A DNA stretch of 64,000 nucleotides from Gammaproteobacteria bacterium. GTDB taxonomy: Bacteria > Pseudomonadota > Gammaproteobacteria > Pseudomonadales > Azotimanducaceae. The notes beneath the pieces are model-generated. The model did not search any database and was not told where the DNA came from. It worked only from the letters and a program-made list of their open reading frames with translations. Of this stretch, positions 50,173-59,181 are shown piece after piece. Positions within the stretch are counted from its first letter, which is position 1. Each line of letters opens with the position of its first letter. The stretch spans positions 3,183 through 67,182 of the forward strand of contig QJYB01000006.1 of assembly GCA_003247835.1 (NCBI GenBank), read 5' to 3'. Position numbers and translations under genes: made by a program.

Positions 50173-51861
50173 ATGGAAGAAAACGCCAAATCCGGTAATG
50201 GCGGGGCCCGGAATCCGGCCATGGCGGCCTTTTTCGACGCGCTGACGGCCTACGCCATCGACCCGACGCGCTGGCCCGAGCTGCTGGCCCAGCTGGACTC
50301 CCTGTCCGAGCACCTGGAATCCTGGGATCCGAGCGCGTTCGTCTCCGAGCTCTCCCGGGCGGAGTCCCTGTCCTGGCGCATCAAGGACAGCATGGATCCC
50401 GGCAACTCCGGCTTCGCCTATCTGCTGCTCGATGGACGCAACCGCGTGGTAGGCAGCTCAAGAAACCTGGCCGCGCTCTCCGACTATCTCACCGTCAGTC
50501 GGAAAGGCCGACTCAGCTTCACGGATCCGGCGAGCGACGCCTCTCTCGCTGCCGCCCGCGCGACGCTCGGCACGAGCCACGGCGGCCGCTCGCTGATCTC
50601 GCTCGTGCATCCTTCCAGACCGCGCCATCGTTTCGGCTTCCTGATCAGTCGCAACGAGTTTCCACCGTCACTGGCGGAGATCTCGGCGGATGCCACACAG
50701 GCCCTGTTCCTCGCCCAGGACGACAGCAGTGAGCGTCTCGAGCAGGCGGTTCAAAGCAGCCTCGGGCTGACCGCGGCCGAAGTCGACATCACCATGCGTC
50801 TCGCCCAGGGGCTAACGCTCAAGGAAGCCGCCGGAGATCTGGGCATCAGCATCAACACCGCCCGCAACCACCTGCAGTCCGTTTTCGACAAGAGCGGTAT
50901 CAACCGTCAGAGCGACCTGGTGCTGGTGGTGACCCAGCTGTCCGTCATCCTGGCCGGCACCGAGAGTGATGCGCTCATTGCCGGTCGTAAGCCACATCGC
51001 AGCTCGCCGCGCCACTTCATGATCCTTCCGGACGGCCGGCGTCTGGCCTATCGGACTTATGGCGACGTCCAGGACAAGCCGGCCCTCTATCTCCACGAAA
51101 CCCTGGGCTGCTCACGACTGCCGCCGGAAACCGACGAGCTCGCCCGCGCCGCGCGGCTGCACATCATTGCCCCGGAACGGCCCGGGTTCGGTTTCTCCGA
51201 CGCGGATCCGGACTTCTCCTTCGACTCCGTGACCCGCGACCTGCTGACGCTGCTCGACCATCTCCACATCGATCGCTGCGCGCTGCTCGGCTACCTCTCC
51301 GGCGGCGCCTACGCGCTGCGCCTGGCCAGCGAGGTAGGTGAGCGGATCGTGCACCTGATGCTCGTGGGCGGCAGGCCGCCGCGTCGGATGACCGGGCGAT
51401 TCGAGCACCTCATGCCGCTGTACACGAAGATGATCGCCCAGCCATGGCTCATGAACAGCTTCTTCAACATCCTGCGCAACCGGGTTTCCGGACAGACCAA
51501 CGCCAGGCTCATCTTCAGCATCTACGGCGCGATACCCCACGACAGAGCGCTGCTCGAATCACGGCCCGACATCCTGGATCACATGATCGCGTACACCATG
51601 GAAGCCGTGACGGTGACCGCGGCGGGTGTCGCCGGCGAGCTGAAATGCTTTGCCCGGGCGGACGAGGCGCCACTGCCCAGGCTGACCATGCCGGTCACCG
51701 CCTGGCACGGCACCGCCGACAAACTCTCGGTCATGGAGGATCTGGAATCCTACCTCTCGGGGCAGATAGTCCACTGGCAGCGGTTTCCGGACGCGGGCTC
51801 GCTGATTCTGCACGAGCACTGGCCACGGGTGCTGCAGACGCTGGCAGGAGGGGAAACCTGA
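50173..51861 (+). CDS. Three-part protein: unknown N-terminal domain, central LuxR/GerE HTH, C-terminal alpha/beta-hydrolase fold
   Basis: The HTH is LTAAEVDITMRLAQGLTLKEAAGDLGISINTARNHLQSVFDKSG (about aa 205-250). Hydrolase landmarks follow: ALYLHETLGC, LLGYLSGGAYALR, WHGTADKLS and LILHEHWP. It is a single uninterrupted 562-aa ORF. Confidence 0.75.
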   Translation: MEENAKSGNGGARNPAMAAFFDALTAYAIDPTRWPELLAQLDSLSEHLESWDPSAFVSELSRAESLSWRIKDSMDPGNSGFAYLLLDGRNRVVGSSRNLAALSDYLTVSRKGRLSFTDPASDASLAAARATLGTSHGGRSLISLVHPSRPRHRFGFLISRNEFPPSLAEISADATQALFLAQDDSSERLEQAVQSSLGLTAAEVDITMRLAQGLTLKEAAGDLGISINTARNHLQSVFDKSGINRQSDLVLVVTQLSVILAGTESDALIAGRKPHRSSPRHFMILPDGRRLAYRTYGDVQDKPALYLHETLGCSRLPPETDELARAARLHIIAPERPGFGFSDADPDFSFDSVTRDLLTLLDHLHIDRCALLGYLSGGAYALRLASEVGERIVHLMLVGGRPPRRMTGRFEHLMPLYTKMIAQPWLMNSFFNILRNRVSGQTNARLIFSIYGAIPHDRALLESRPDILDHMIAYTMEAVTVTAAGVAGELKCFARADEAPLPRLTMPVTAWHGTADKLSVMEDLESYLSGQIVHWQRFPDAGSLILHEHWPRVLQTLAGGET

Positions 51862-51976
51862 GGATGAAAAAAATCCGCCGGTCGACAAAGCTCCCTTTGC
51901 ACGAACCGGCGGAAGGTCGAGGCCAACTCCCTGGACTGGCCGACGGATCGGCCCTCGCGAGTTGCTCAATTTAGCT

Positions 51977-51994
51977 GCCGGAAATGCTTCCGGC
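51977..51994. terminator. Hairpin between the convergent LuxR-hydrolase and coiled-coil genes
   Basis: GCCGGAA-atgc-TTCCGGC is a perfect 7-bp stem. A second inverted repeat CCGCCGGT-N22-ACCGGCGG lies at about 51874-51911. Neither has a clear T-run. Confidence 0.4.
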
Positions 51995-52022
51995 CTGATG
52001 CAAATGGACCATACCGGGCCGA

Positions 52023-54353
52023 TCAGAGCCCGCTGAGTTTTGCCGCCTGGGCGATCCAGTCATCCTTGATGACGCGACCCTTCATGCCGTGCAGCGGGTG
52101 TTCCGGGTCGTCCAGATCCGCCTCGGAAAGGGTCGCAATCTGGTCGAATCGCGTGATACCCAGCTTCCGCAGCTGCTTGACGAGCTTGGGTCCTACGCCC
52201 CGGATCCGGGACAGATCGTCCTGGTCGGAGCCGTCACCACCGCTGTGACGGTGGGAGGTCGCCTCCCGGGCGGTCTTCCGGTCTGCTTCCAGCGTCTGAA
52301 TGGTGTCCCGCAGCTTGGCGTTCTCCTCCCGGGCGGTCTGCAGCTGCTGGTTGAGCACCACCAGCATCCGGCTGTCAGAGGGATCACCGACACGCTGCTT
52401 CTCCAGCATATCCTGCTGCCAGCGGAGCTTGTTGAGCTGCTCGGTTCGTTCGCGGACCATGCCTTCGAGCTTGATGACTTCCGCCTGAAGCTGGGCGTTC
52501 TCGCCGGACACTTCCTCGGGCACCTGGCTGCCGCGTGCCTCCGCCTCCTCGAGCGCCGCCTTGGCGGCCTGGGCGGCTGCTTCCGCTTCCGCCGTTTCTC
52601 TGGACTGCTTGTGCAGCTGCTTTTCGAGCCTGTCCACCTTCTCGTTGAGCGACCGCCGTGTCGCCTCGTCCTCGGCCCGCAGTTTGTCGATCTGGCCGGT
52701 GAGCGCCGTGTTCTTCGCTTCCGCGGCCTGGCGCGCGGCCTCGTTCGCCGCCGTCGCCTGCCGGGCTTCCTCCAGCAGTGCTTCGGTATCGGTGAGCGAC
52801 TTCGTAAGCTCCGCCAAGGTGGATTCGTCTGCACGCTCCCGGAGTGCTGCAATCTCCGCGTCTCTGTCTCTGAGCTCGCGCTGGTGGCGCTTGACCGCCT
52901 CGCCGTACTCTTCCTGAACATCGGCGAACTCCGATTCGAGGTTCGCCATGAGCTGTTTCTGTCGCTCCAGCCGCGCATCCACCTGGGCGATGTGGTCTGC
53001 GTTACCGGCTGCCGCCTGTTGTGCTTTTTCAAGCGCTTCCGACAGGCGCTTGTTTTCCGACTCGAGAGAGCTGCTCCGGTTCGAGATCGCGCTCTTCTCC
53101 TGCTCCAGGCCCACCACCAGGGTCGAACGCTCGGAGAGCTGCGCTTCCAGGTGCTGGTTGCGCTGCTTGAGCTCGTCCAGCTGCTCCGACAGCTGTCGAC
53201 GTTCCGCCTCGAACCGGCTGGTGGCTTCGTCCGCGGCCGCGACGCACGCTCCCAGGCGGGCAATCTCCTCGCGAAGCACACCGTGGGCTTCCTCTTTGTC
53301 ACGCAGACGCGCTTCGACCGCAGCGGTTTCCTCACGGGCGGCGGCAAGGGAGGCATCGAACGACGACTTCTCCGACTCGACCGCAGCGAGCGCGGCTCTC
53401 GCCGCATCCAGCTCGACGACGCGCTCCGTCAGGGCGTTGACCTCGGCGTCCCGCTCCTCCAGACGGCGTGCCAGAGCAGCTTTGTCCGCCTCCACGGCAT
53501 CCATCGCCGTCTTCAGCGGTTCGAGCTCGTTGAGGCGTTCGCCGAGCCGGGTGATCTCCGTCTGCTTCTCCTCGACGTGGGCATGCAGGAACTCGATGTC
53601 CTGATCGCGACTGGCGATCTGACCCTTCAGCGATTCAATTTCCTGCGTGCCACCGCTGCTGCGAGCTTGCTGATCAGCCAGCGCGCTTCGCGCCGTCTTG
53701 AGCTCCGTGCGCAGGTGCTCCAGATTCTCACCGAGCGTCTCGATCTGGCGGTTGGCGAGCTCCGTGGTTTCGAACAGATTCTGGTTACGGGACTCCAATG
53801 ACTTCGAGCGCTCTCGAAGCGACGTCAGCTCGAGGTCCTGCTCCTTGATCCGGCTCTTGTGGCTTTCCTGGAGGGCCAGGAGCTCGTCGAGCTCCCGCTG
53901 CACGCGTTTCAGCGCCCGTTCCTTCTGCTCGACTCCGTCCGCCTGCTCGTCCAGGGTTCCGGTGACGGCCTGCCACTTCTCGCGCCACTCTGCGGCCTCC
54001 TGGCGCAGCTGGCTGATCTCGAGATCGCGGGCACGCAGCTGACCTTCCGCGTCCTGGTACTTGCCACTGAGCGCCTTGACCTTGGCTTCCAGCTCTCGGA
54101 TCAGCGCATCCCGGGCCTGAATACCGGAAGCCGAAGCCGGCGTATCGCCTCCGTTCGGGCTGTCCCGATCGGCGAGCCTGGCCTTCAGCGCTTCCACCTC
54201 GCTGGTCCGCTCCCGCAGCGCGCCGGCGAGCCTGGGAACCCGCTCCTGCCACTTTGCGAGCTCGGTGCGAAGCGCCTCGATGGTCGAACCGTCCGATTCT
54301 TCCCCCGTCCCGAGCGCCATCGTAGCGGTCGGGGCGCCCGAAGCGCTGTTCAT
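52023..54353 (-). CDS. Large coiled-coil protein with C-terminal helix-hairpin-helix-type module (hypothetical)
   Basis: About 700 aa are E/A/R/L/Q-rich with heptad character. There is no Walker A, TM segment or signal peptide. The C-terminus is DDLSRIRGVGPKLVKQLRKLGITRFDQIATLSEADL...GRVIKDDWIAQAAKL. The start is taken at ATG 54353 (AGGAG 4 nt upstream). The ORF-track start is 54428. Confidence 0.75.
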   Translation of the reverse strand: MNSASGAPTATMALGTGEESDGSTIEALRTELAKWQERVPRLAGALRERTSEVEALKARLADRDSPNGGDTPASASGIQARDALIRELEAKVKALSGKYQDAEGQLRARDLEISQLRQEAAEWREKWQAVTGTLDEQADGVEQKERALKRVQRELDELLALQESHKSRIKEQDLELTSLRERSKSLESRNQNLFETTELANRQIETLGENLEHLRTELKTARSALADQQARSSGGTQEIESLKGQIASRDQDIEFLHAHVEEKQTEITRLGERLNELEPLKTAMDAVEADKAALARRLEERDAEVNALTERVVELDAARAALAAVESEKSSFDASLAAAREETAAVEARLRDKEEAHGVLREEIARLGACVAAADEATSRFEAERRQLSEQLDELKQRNQHLEAQLSERSTLVVGLEQEKSAISNRSSSLESENKRLSEALEKAQQAAAGNADHIAQVDARLERQKQLMANLESEFADVQEEYGEAVKRHQRELRDRDAEIAALRERADESTLAELTKSLTDTEALLEEARQATAANEAARQAAEAKNTALTGQIDKLRAEDEATRRSLNEKVDRLEKQLHKQSRETAEAEAAAQAAKAALEEAEARGSQVPEEVSGENAQLQAEVIKLEGMVRERTEQLNKLRWQQDMLEKQRVGDPSDSRMLVVLNQQLQTAREENAKLRDTIQTLEADRKTAREATSHRHSGGDGSDQDDLSRIRGVGPKLVKQLRKLGITRFDQIATLSEADLDDPEHPLHGMKGRVIKDDWIAQAAKLSGL

Positions 54354-54513
54354 CTCCTGCATCGGTGTATCCATCCACGTGAAGCCACGCCCGTGGGTGA
54401 GCTGCCATGGGGCTCGCTCCGCACGCACGGGCTTTCTGAGGCAACGCTACTGGAAAAGGCCGCAACGGAATGTGACGCGGTTACGATTTTCCGGGATTGT
54501 GACGCGCTTCAAA

Positions 54514-54549
54514 GGCCGGCAGAACAGCCGGAATGCTGCTCTGCCGGTC
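54514..54549 (-). terminator. Hairpin after the TPR-lipoprotein gene
   Basis: GGCCGGCAGA-N16-TCTGCCGGTC forms 9 Watson-Crick pairs and 1 wobble pair, 10 nt below the stop at 54559. On the minus strand it is followed by CTTTG, a weak T-tract. Confidence 0.35.
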
Positions 54550-54558
54550 TGGATGGGT

Positions 54559-56283
54559 TCAGGGACCCGCTGTGGGCTCGATGTCCGAGTGCTGCCAGGC
54601 GTCCGCCACCGAGCTGGTCAGATCCGAACCGTCCAGCCCCTGGGCGATGCGTGCCTGCTGCAGCCCGTACAACGACCAGCCGTTGGCTGGAAAGTTGACC
54701 AGATCCTCCTCGAACGCCGCCTCGGCGAGGACCGGTTGATCGAGCCGCAGGTAGGCGGCTCCCAGGGCCTGACGGACCGGAAAGTGCCAGAACGGCGGCT
54801 CCGTGTAGGGCAGTGCATCCTGGGCGGCGATGGCTGCCCGCAGATGCTCGATCTCTGAAGGTCCATTCGCTTCCGATCGGGCAATCTCCGCCTGCACGAG
54901 CTGCACGGCGATCTCCGAGAGCAGGTGGGCGATGTCGCCCTGCCGGTCCATCACAGCATCGAGCTCTCCCGTCTTGCGCTGGGCTTCCATGCGCTCGAGA
55001 ACCTGCCTGGCTTCATCGGTCCGGCCCTTGGCGGCCAGCGCCACCCCCTGCACGTAGTCGCGCATGAAGGCGGTCATGGGCATGCCTTCCGGTGCGGGTG
55101 GTTCGGCCAGCGCCTCGTCCCACATTCCGAAGCGGATGTATGTGGCACCGCGAACGGCAAGGTAGCGCTGAATGGAACCGAACTGCCTGGCCATCTCGAG
55201 ATCGATCTTCTCGTGCAGACGCTGCGCGGACTCCAATGCGAGCTGCTTCTGACCTTCCATCATTGCCGAGTACCACAGAAAGTGGATGTTGTGGGGGTAG
55301 TAGCCCGCCGGATAGAAGCCCTGGGCGTTGCACTGGCTGATGTAATCCTCGTCCGCGAGCGAGGCTTCCGTGTTCGCCAGTACCGCGTCGTGGTAGCGAC
55401 CAACCCTGAGGTAGATGTGCGAGGGCATGTGAACCAGGTGACCGGCCACCGGGACCAGGGAGCCCAGCGCATCCGCCGCCCCTTCGGCCTGGGCGGGGGT
55501 GTGCTCCTCCATGGCATGAATGTACAGATGCAACGCGCCGGGATGCGTCGGATCGATTTCGATCGCCCGCTCGATGGCCGCCACCAGGGTTGCCGTATGT
55601 TCCTTCGGCGATCCGTCTTCGTTCCAGTAGGACCAGGGATAGAGGTCCATCAGCGACTCCGCGTACAGCGCCAGCACGTGCGGGTTGTCCGGGTACTGCT
55701 CCGCCACTGCCTTCATGGATCCGGCATACACCGCGTCGAGCGCGGCCCGATCGCCACCGTCCTCGGAATAGCGTGTTGCCACCGCGTCGATGAGCGCCTT
55801 CTCGAGTTCGGATGCGCCGTCGCGGAGCGCCAGCGCGTTCTGCACGCCTTCCCAGGCCGGAGCCGCCTGGGTATCGTCCATCGCCTTGTTGATGTTCGGA
55901 CCGTTGACCAGCGCCACACCCCACCAGCAGATGCCACAGGCAGGATCCAGCCGCGCCGCTTCGCGGAAGGACCGTTCCGCCTCCGCGTGGTTGAATCCGT
56001 AGCTGAAGGTCAGCGCCTGATTGAAGTAATCCTGCGCGCGCGGCACTTCGGTGGTGATCTCGAAATCCACCGGGCCGATACCCTCCAGCAGCGGCGCCAC
56101 GCCTTCCGGCGCTTCCAGGTAGCCGGAATCCAGCCGGCGGGCAGGTTCCATCGCTACGGCCGGCGCTTCCGAGGCGGTTTCCTTCGTATCCGCAGAATCA
56201 CCGGGCGGTGCAGATTCGCTGCAGGCGACCAGCAGGCCGACCGCAGTCAGCATCAGCGCGCACACACGCGTCCATTCCGACAT
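54559..56283 (-). CDS. TPR-like lipoprotein (hypothetical, conserved-looking)
   Basis: The start is at MSEWTRVCALMLTAVGLLVACSES (lipobox LVAC). Conserved-looking blocks are present (FSYGFNHAEAERSFREAARLDPACGICWWG; HMPSHIYLRVGRYHDAV; YYPHNIHFLWY). Confidence 0.7.
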   Translation of the reverse strand: MSEWTRVCALMLTAVGLLVACSESAPPGDSADTKETASEAPAVAMEPARRLDSGYLEAPEGVAPLLEGIGPVDFEITTEVPRAQDYFNQALTFSYGFNHAEAERSFREAARLDPACGICWWGVALVNGPNINKAMDDTQAAPAWEGVQNALALRDGASELEKALIDAVATRYSEDGGDRAALDAVYAGSMKAVAEQYPDNPHVLALYAESLMDLYPWSYWNEDGSPKEHTATLVAAIERAIEIDPTHPGALHLYIHAMEEHTPAQAEGAADALGSLVPVAGHLVHMPSHIYLRVGRYHDAVLANTEASLADEDYISQCNAQGFYPAGYYPHNIHFLWYSAMMEGQKQLALESAQRLHEKIDLEMARQFGSIQRYLAVRGATYIRFGMWDEALAEPPAPEGMPMTAFMRDYVQGVALAAKGRTDEARQVLERMEAQRKTGELDAVMDRQGDIAHLLSEIAVQLVQAEIARSEANGPSEIEHLRAAIAAQDALPYTEPPFWHFPVRQALGAAYLRLDQPVLAEAAFEEDLVNFPANGWSLYGLQQARIAQGLDGSDLTSSVADAWQHSDIEPTAGP

Positions 56284-56364
56284 GCCGTTTCTCCTCCCGT
56301 GCATCGAGCCATAAATATACGCCCCCGTGATGCGGGGTTGAAGGCAACCCATCGATGCGGGGTT

Positions 56365-57261
56365 TCAGACGGGCGGGTATTCCACCAGACAACGGTGCAG
56401 TGCCTGATCGAGCGGCGTGAGCGACAGCGACAGAGCCGTGAGCGCTGCTGCAGGATCGATGCGATCGTCATGATCGAGCACACCGAGCATGGCCCGGGTC
56501 AGTGGCGGGTTGTCCGAAAACCGCTCCAGCAACGTGGCTGCCATCATGCCCACAGACACAGGCAACGAAACGGTCCAGGGCCCACGGACACCCATTACCC
56601 GCGCCGCACGCCGGGTCAGTGCTGCCCGGGTCAGCGACTCCGGTCCCGCCAGATCCAGTGTCACCGCCGCCGGGTAGCCGTCATGGCTCGCGACGCTCCG
56701 CATCAGCGCATCCACCACATCCCCCGCATAGATCGGCTGCTCATAGCTGCCGGCGCGGAACTGAACGTCCAGGCGTCGCCTGGCCCGGTGGAACAGCGCG
56801 CGGCTCGCGTGATCACCCTCACCCAGCACCATGGGCACCCTCAGAACCAGCGAGGCAACCTCGCCGTCTGCGAGCAGGCGCTCGGCCCGGGCTTTGGACG
56901 CGAGGCAGGCATTGGCGGATGTCTCCTCCGCACCGAGAATGCTGAGATAGACGATGCGACGCACACCGGCCGCCGCCGCTGCCCCCGTCAGCACCCGGGT
57001 GGTCGTCTCGTGGGCCGTCACGAAGGTAGTCGAGGCGGACTCCCGGATGATCCCCACCAGATGCACCACGTGGCTGCATCCCTCGGCGGCCCGGGTCACC
57101 GCGTCGGCGTCCAGGTAATCGACGATCCGCACGTCCGCATCCTTGTCGGAAAGACTCTCTGCAGCATTCGGGGAGCGCACCAGCGCCCGCACGCTGCCGG
57201 ATCCAAGCGCGTCGATGAGCCGCCTGCCGATGTGGCCGTTTGCACCCGTGATGAGAATCAT
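56365..57261 (-). CDS. NAD(P)-binding NmrA/atypical-SDR family protein
   Basis: The start is at MILITGANGHIGRRLIDAL (Rossmann GxxGxxG). The ORF-track N-terminal extension to 57546 overlaps the divergent gene. Confidence 0.78.
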   Translation of the reverse strand: MILITGANGHIGRRLIDALGSGSVRALVRSPNAAESLSDKDADVRIVDYLDADAVTRAAEGCSHVVHLVGIIRESASTTFVTAHETTTRVLTGAAAAAGVRRIVYLSILGAEETSANACLASKARAERLLADGEVASLVLRVPMVLGEGDHASRALFHRARRRLDVQFRAGSYEQPIYAGDVVDALMRSVASHDGYPAAVTLDLAGPESLTRAALTRRAARVMGVRGPWTVSLPVSVGMMAATLLERFSDNPPLTRAMLGVLDHDDRIDPAAALTALSLSLTPLDQALHRCLVEYPPV

Positions 57262-57385
57262 CAGTGAGCCTCCTGGCGCGATTCTCGCCAACACCCGAAG
57301 CCCGCTCAAGCGGTCGCGCTGGCCAGCCGGACTGCCGATCGCTACATTCCCGGCCCATGAGAGACATCCCGCCATCCCTCCGGAC

Positions 57386-57913
57386 ATGTGGCTGACCTGG
57401 GCCAACGGACTGACCGCCGTGCGCCTCGTCGGCATCGCTCCGGGGGTATGGGCCATCTGCACCGGACACTGGCGGATGGCCGCTGCGGTCTTCGTGCTCG
57501 CCGTGCTCACCGATCTGGCCGACGGACCGGTGGCGCGCCGTTTCAATCACGCCACACCGGGCGGTGGCCTTTTCGATCACAGCACGGACGCGCTGTTCGT
57601 CGCCGCGACCCTCGCCGCCCTGGCCGCCGCGGGCTACGTCAACGTCTTCCTGCCGGGACTGGTCATGCTGGCCTTTCTGCAGTACGTCCTCGACTCCCGG
57701 GTACTGGCGGGTGCCGTGCTGCGGACCAGCCTGATGGGGCGCTACAACGGTATCGCCTACTACGTGCTGGCCGGGATCCCGATCATCCGCGAGGCAGCCG
57801 GGCTCGGCTGGCCGCCCGACAGCTGGGTCGCCGCCATCGGCTGGTTGCTGGTGACGACCACCCTGGTCTCCATGGCCGACCGGGCGCTCGCCCTCTTACG
57901 GCGGTCCGGCTGA
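57386..57913 (+). CDS. CDP-alcohol phosphatidyltransferase family protein
   Basis: The signature DG(x2)AR(x8)G(x3)D(x3)D is present as TDLADGPVARRFNHATPGGGLFDHSTDALF. The protein is multi-TM, and the start is at MWLTWANGL. Confidence 0.82.
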   Translation: MWLTWANGLTAVRLVGIAPGVWAICTGHWRMAAAVFVLAVLTDLADGPVARRFNHATPGGGLFDHSTDALFVAATLAALAAAGYVNVFLPGLVMLAFLQYVLDSRVLAGAVLRTSLMGRYNGIAYYVLAGIPIIREAAGLGWPPDSWVAAIGWLLVTTTLVSMADRALALLRRSG

Positions 57914-57922
57914 GGGCAGGCG

Positions 57923-59077
57923 TCAGCCGGCGATGCGGTAGGCCAGTGCCTTGAACTCGTGGCTGAACGGATGCCAGAACCCCGGCATGCGCTGAGTCAT
58001 GCACATCCCCGTGATCCCGGCCTGGGGCGCCATCCACGAATGGGTCCCTGCCAAGCCACCCCAGTGGTACTCATCCTGCATGCCGGCGGGCTCCCCCTCG
58101 CCCAGCGTCTGCTTCAGGGCGAATCCGAGCCCGAACACCGTACCGGGCATGGCCCACATGGGGAAGCTCACCCCCACGTCCGGAGCAAGCTGATTGCTGC
58201 GCATAAGCGCCAGGGTTTCCGGCTCGAGCACCTTCGCGCCCTGCCAGCTGCCACCATTGACGATCATGCGGACGAAGGCCAGGTAATCCTGCACGGTGGA
58301 CACCAGCCCGCCGCCGCCGGACAGGAAGCTCGGCCGGCGCGTGTAGGTGCCTTCGTTCGGATCGTCGGCCTTCCTGAGGCCCGGTTTCATCGGATCGAAC
58401 AGGTCTTCCGGCGCGTACATGGTGACGAACCGATCCCGCTTATCCGGCGGGACCCAGAAATCCGTGTCGACCATGTCGAGAGGATCGAAGATGCTGGCCT
58501 TCAGGTAGTCATCGAACCGGGCCCCGGACACCACTTCCACCAGACGGGCCACCACGTCGGTCGCGAAGCTGTAACGCCAGCCGGTACCCGGTTGATACGC
58601 GAGCGGCAGCTCGCCCAGCACCTCGCACAGGCTCTCCAGCGTGAGCCCGCCGCTGGCCAGCGCGTTGATGCCTGCACCGGCATAGGCCTGATCGATGATG
58701 GAGGTGGGCTCGATGAACCCGTACGAAAGCCCCGCGCTGTGGCTCAGGATGTGCCGGATCCGCATGGGCTCCCGCGCCGGCTCCACGTCGCCAACGTCCG
58801 TCGCATCCGGTTTCAGAACCTGCATGTCGCTGAACGCAGGCAGGTACTTCCCGAGAGGATCGTCCAGGGAGAAGCGCCCCTGCTCGTAGAGCTGCATGGC
58901 CGCCACCGACGTCACGATCTTGGTGTTGGAGTACATGCGGTAGATCGCGTCCTCCGCCAGCGGTCGACGGCTCTCCAGATCCATGTATCCGAAGCGGGCA
59001 AAATCGAGCACGTCGGTGCCCCGCATGACGAGGGTGTTCGCGCAGGAGAGGATGCCCTCGTCCACATAGAAACGCAT
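57923..59077 (-). CDS. Serine hydrolase, beta-lactamase/EstB-like family
   Basis: The SxxK motif MYSNTKIVT and a YSF (YxN-like) region are present, with a late HWGG (KTG-position variant). The N-terminus may be longer; see the findings. Confidence 0.8.
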   Translation of the reverse strand: MRFYVDEGILSCANTLVMRGTDVLDFARFGYMDLESRRPLAEDAIYRMYSNTKIVTSVAAMQLYEQGRFSLDDPLGKYLPAFSDMQVLKPDATDVGDVEPAREPMRIRHILSHSAGLSYGFIEPTSIIDQAYAGAGINALASGGLTLESLCEVLGELPLAYQPGTGWRYSFATDVVARLVEVVSGARFDDYLKASIFDPLDMVDTDFWVPPDKRDRFVTMYAPEDLFDPMKPGLRKADDPNEGTYTRRPSFLSGGGGLVSTVQDYLAFVRMIVNGGSWQGAKVLEPETLALMRSNQLAPDVGVSFPMWAMPGTVFGLGFALKQTLGEGEPAGMQDEYHWGGLAGTHSWMAPQAGITGMCMTQRMPGFWHPFSHEFKALAYRIAG

Positions 59078-59181
59078 ACGCTCGTGCAGGGGCGAGAAAT
59101 CCAGGTCGTTGGCGACCGTCTGTACAGGCTGGCTGATGGGAATCTCCCGGACGTTGCGAGTAAGTCCGTATGAGACTACAG

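Noticed and set aside
52089-53801. 570-aa plus-strand ORF and 404-aa alternate-frame minus ORF (52193..53407) inside the coiled-coil gene
   Set aside because: The periodic GAG/GCG/CTG-rich codon composition of the coiled-coil gene keeps several frames open. Only the 801-aa frame gives a coherent heptad sequence plus the HhH module. The others are Arg/Leu/Pro-rich noise.
54925-57267. 780-aa plus-strand ORF, the longest non-annotated ORF
   Set aside because: It runs antisense across two independent minus-strand genes (the TPR lipoprotein and the NmrA-like SDR) and across their intergenic gap. The translation is R/H/G/P-rich with no recognisable domain. It is a GC-driven artefact.
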